Assembly (NCBI GenBank): GCA_042218715.1
Contig: JBDGQU010000197.1
Coordinates: 1 to 38,501 of the forward strand
Direction: 5' to 3'
Length of the DNA: 38,501 nucleotides
DNA from: Candidatus Bipolaricaulia bacterium
Lineage (GTDB): Bacteria > Bipolaricaulota > Bipolaricaulia > M55B111
Positions within the stretch are counted from its first letter, which is position 1. Every line of letters starts with the position of its first letter. Below are positions 37,580-38,501 of this stretch, one piece after another. The translations under genes and the position numbers were made by a program. The notes beneath the pieces were generated by a model. It was not told the DNA's origin and did not search any database. It saw only the letters and a list, made by a program, of their open reading frames with translations.

Positions 37580-38458
37580 TTAATAGATTTTAGTTCCAGT
37601 TTCTTCGGTTCCCGTTATCTTACCGAATTCATCCTTTACCCGAAGCGCTACCTCACCGGGCTTTCCGTCACCTATCTTACGTCCGTCAATCTCCGCTACG
37701 GGGGCGACTTCCGCGGCAGTACCGGAAAGAAACACTTCGTCGGCGGTAAAAACTTCGGCCAGACCAAGGTTTTCCTCTTTTACCTGATAACCCAGGTCTT
37801 TCAGAATGTTTATGACGACGTTCCTGGTAATACCGGGTAGGTTATTTATCACTGGAGGAGTGTAAACGACCCCCTTCCGATAGACGAAAATGTTATCGGC
37901 GCTCCCTTCCGCTACGTTCCCGTTCGTATCAAGCATCAGTGCTTCATCGGCTCCCCAGGTATTTGCTTGCATCAAGGCAAGTACGTTGGTCAAGTAGTTC
38001 AGGTGTTTGACTGTCGGGGGAAGACCCTCTTTTGGTTGGTTCCGAATTGTCGTGGTTAATAAATTAAGCCCCTGGTTATACAGTTCAGGACCGTAAAGTG
38101 CCTCCCATTCTTTCGTAATTATAATAACAGAAGGTCTGGTGCAGGAGTCGGTATCGATCCCGAGTGACCCCCGGCCTCTGGTGACTATAGGTCTTATATA
38201 AGCCTCTTCAAAACCGTTGGTTCGAAGCGTTTCCAGAATTTTATCCCCCATATCTTCCGGATTTAGTGGAATTTCCAGGTTGATGGCTCTAGCGCTTCTG
38301 TACAATCGGTCGAGGTGTTCGTCCAGTTTGAATACGTAGCCGTCGTAGGCTCTAATTCCCTCGAAAACCCCGTCTCCATAAAGGAATCCGTGGTCGAAAA
38401 CGCTTATTCTCGCTTCGTCCTCGGGAACTAATTCTCCGTCAAGATAAATTTTCGTCAT
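37580..38458 (-). CDS. ilvE: Branched-chain amino acid aminotransferase
   Basis: DHGFLYGDGVFEGIR, HLDRL..SA, YIRP, K.LNYL.N, EGSADN, LPGITR, GTAAE; ATG 38458 after GGAGG. Confidence 0.95.
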   Translation of the reverse strand: MTKIYLDGELVPEDEARISVFDHGFLYGDGVFEGIRAYDGYVFKLDEHLDRLYRSARAINLEIPLNPEDMGDKILETLRTNGFEEAYIRPIVTRGRGSLGIDTDSCTRPSVIIITKEWEALYGPELYNQGLNLLTTTIRNQPKEGLPPTVKHLNYLTNVLALMQANTWGADEALMLDTNGNVAEGSADNIFVYRKGVVYTPPVINNLPGITRNVVINILKDLGYQVKEENLGLAEVFTADEVFLSGTAAEVAPVAEIDGRKIGDGKPGEVALRVKDEFGKITGTEETGTKIY

Positions 38459-38501
38459 TTTTTCCTCCTTTAAAGCATTGATTGGGCTTAGTTCTTTCAC
38501 C

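Noticed and set aside
1093-37840. Many antisense and alternate-frame ORFs in the six-frame track (e.g. 4831-5418, 28666-29211, 12691-13062, 37559-37840)
   Set aside because: They overlap well-supported genes, lack motifs and show shadow-ORF composition.
1-38501. CRISPR array, prophage, transposase or defence system
   Set aside because: No regularly spaced repeats or matching protein motifs were seen on either strand.

Overview
A gene-dense prokaryotic window, almost all on the + strand, with sigma70-type promoters and strong Shine-Dalgarno sites. The proteins look acidic (Asp/Glu-rich), which suggests a halophilic anaerobic bacterium; this is inference. There are four blocks. (1) 1-8.7 kb is a c-di-GMP island: a PAS-PAS-PAS-HD-GYP phosphodiesterase, a PAS-GGDEF pseudogene with three frameshifts and an internal deletion, an operon of KaiC-like double ATPase + atypical receiver + atypical-receiver-GGDEF with no kinase or KaiA/B, and a HEAT-like membrane protein with a processive GT2 synthase. 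(2) 10.2-23.0 kb is a 16-gene operon joining an AsrAB/HydBG/Flx-like NAD(P)H module and a four-cluster Fe-S protein to a group 4 [NiFe]-hydrogenase with a full Mrp/Mbh antiporter set, followed by rex. (3) 23.2-27.7 kb holds a DUF2892-like protein, zwf, pgl, a highly structured ~210-nt non-coding segment, a ferritin-like protein and pheA. (4) 27.8-38.5 kb is a branched-chain amino acid operon (ilvD-ilvB-ilvN-ilvC-leuA-leuB-cimA, no leuCD) with a convergent ilvE. It is preceded by a 48-codon Leu/Ile/Val-tailed leader ORF absent from the ORF track and by a Zn-ribbon ORF. No rRNA, tRNA, CRISPR array or transposase was seen.
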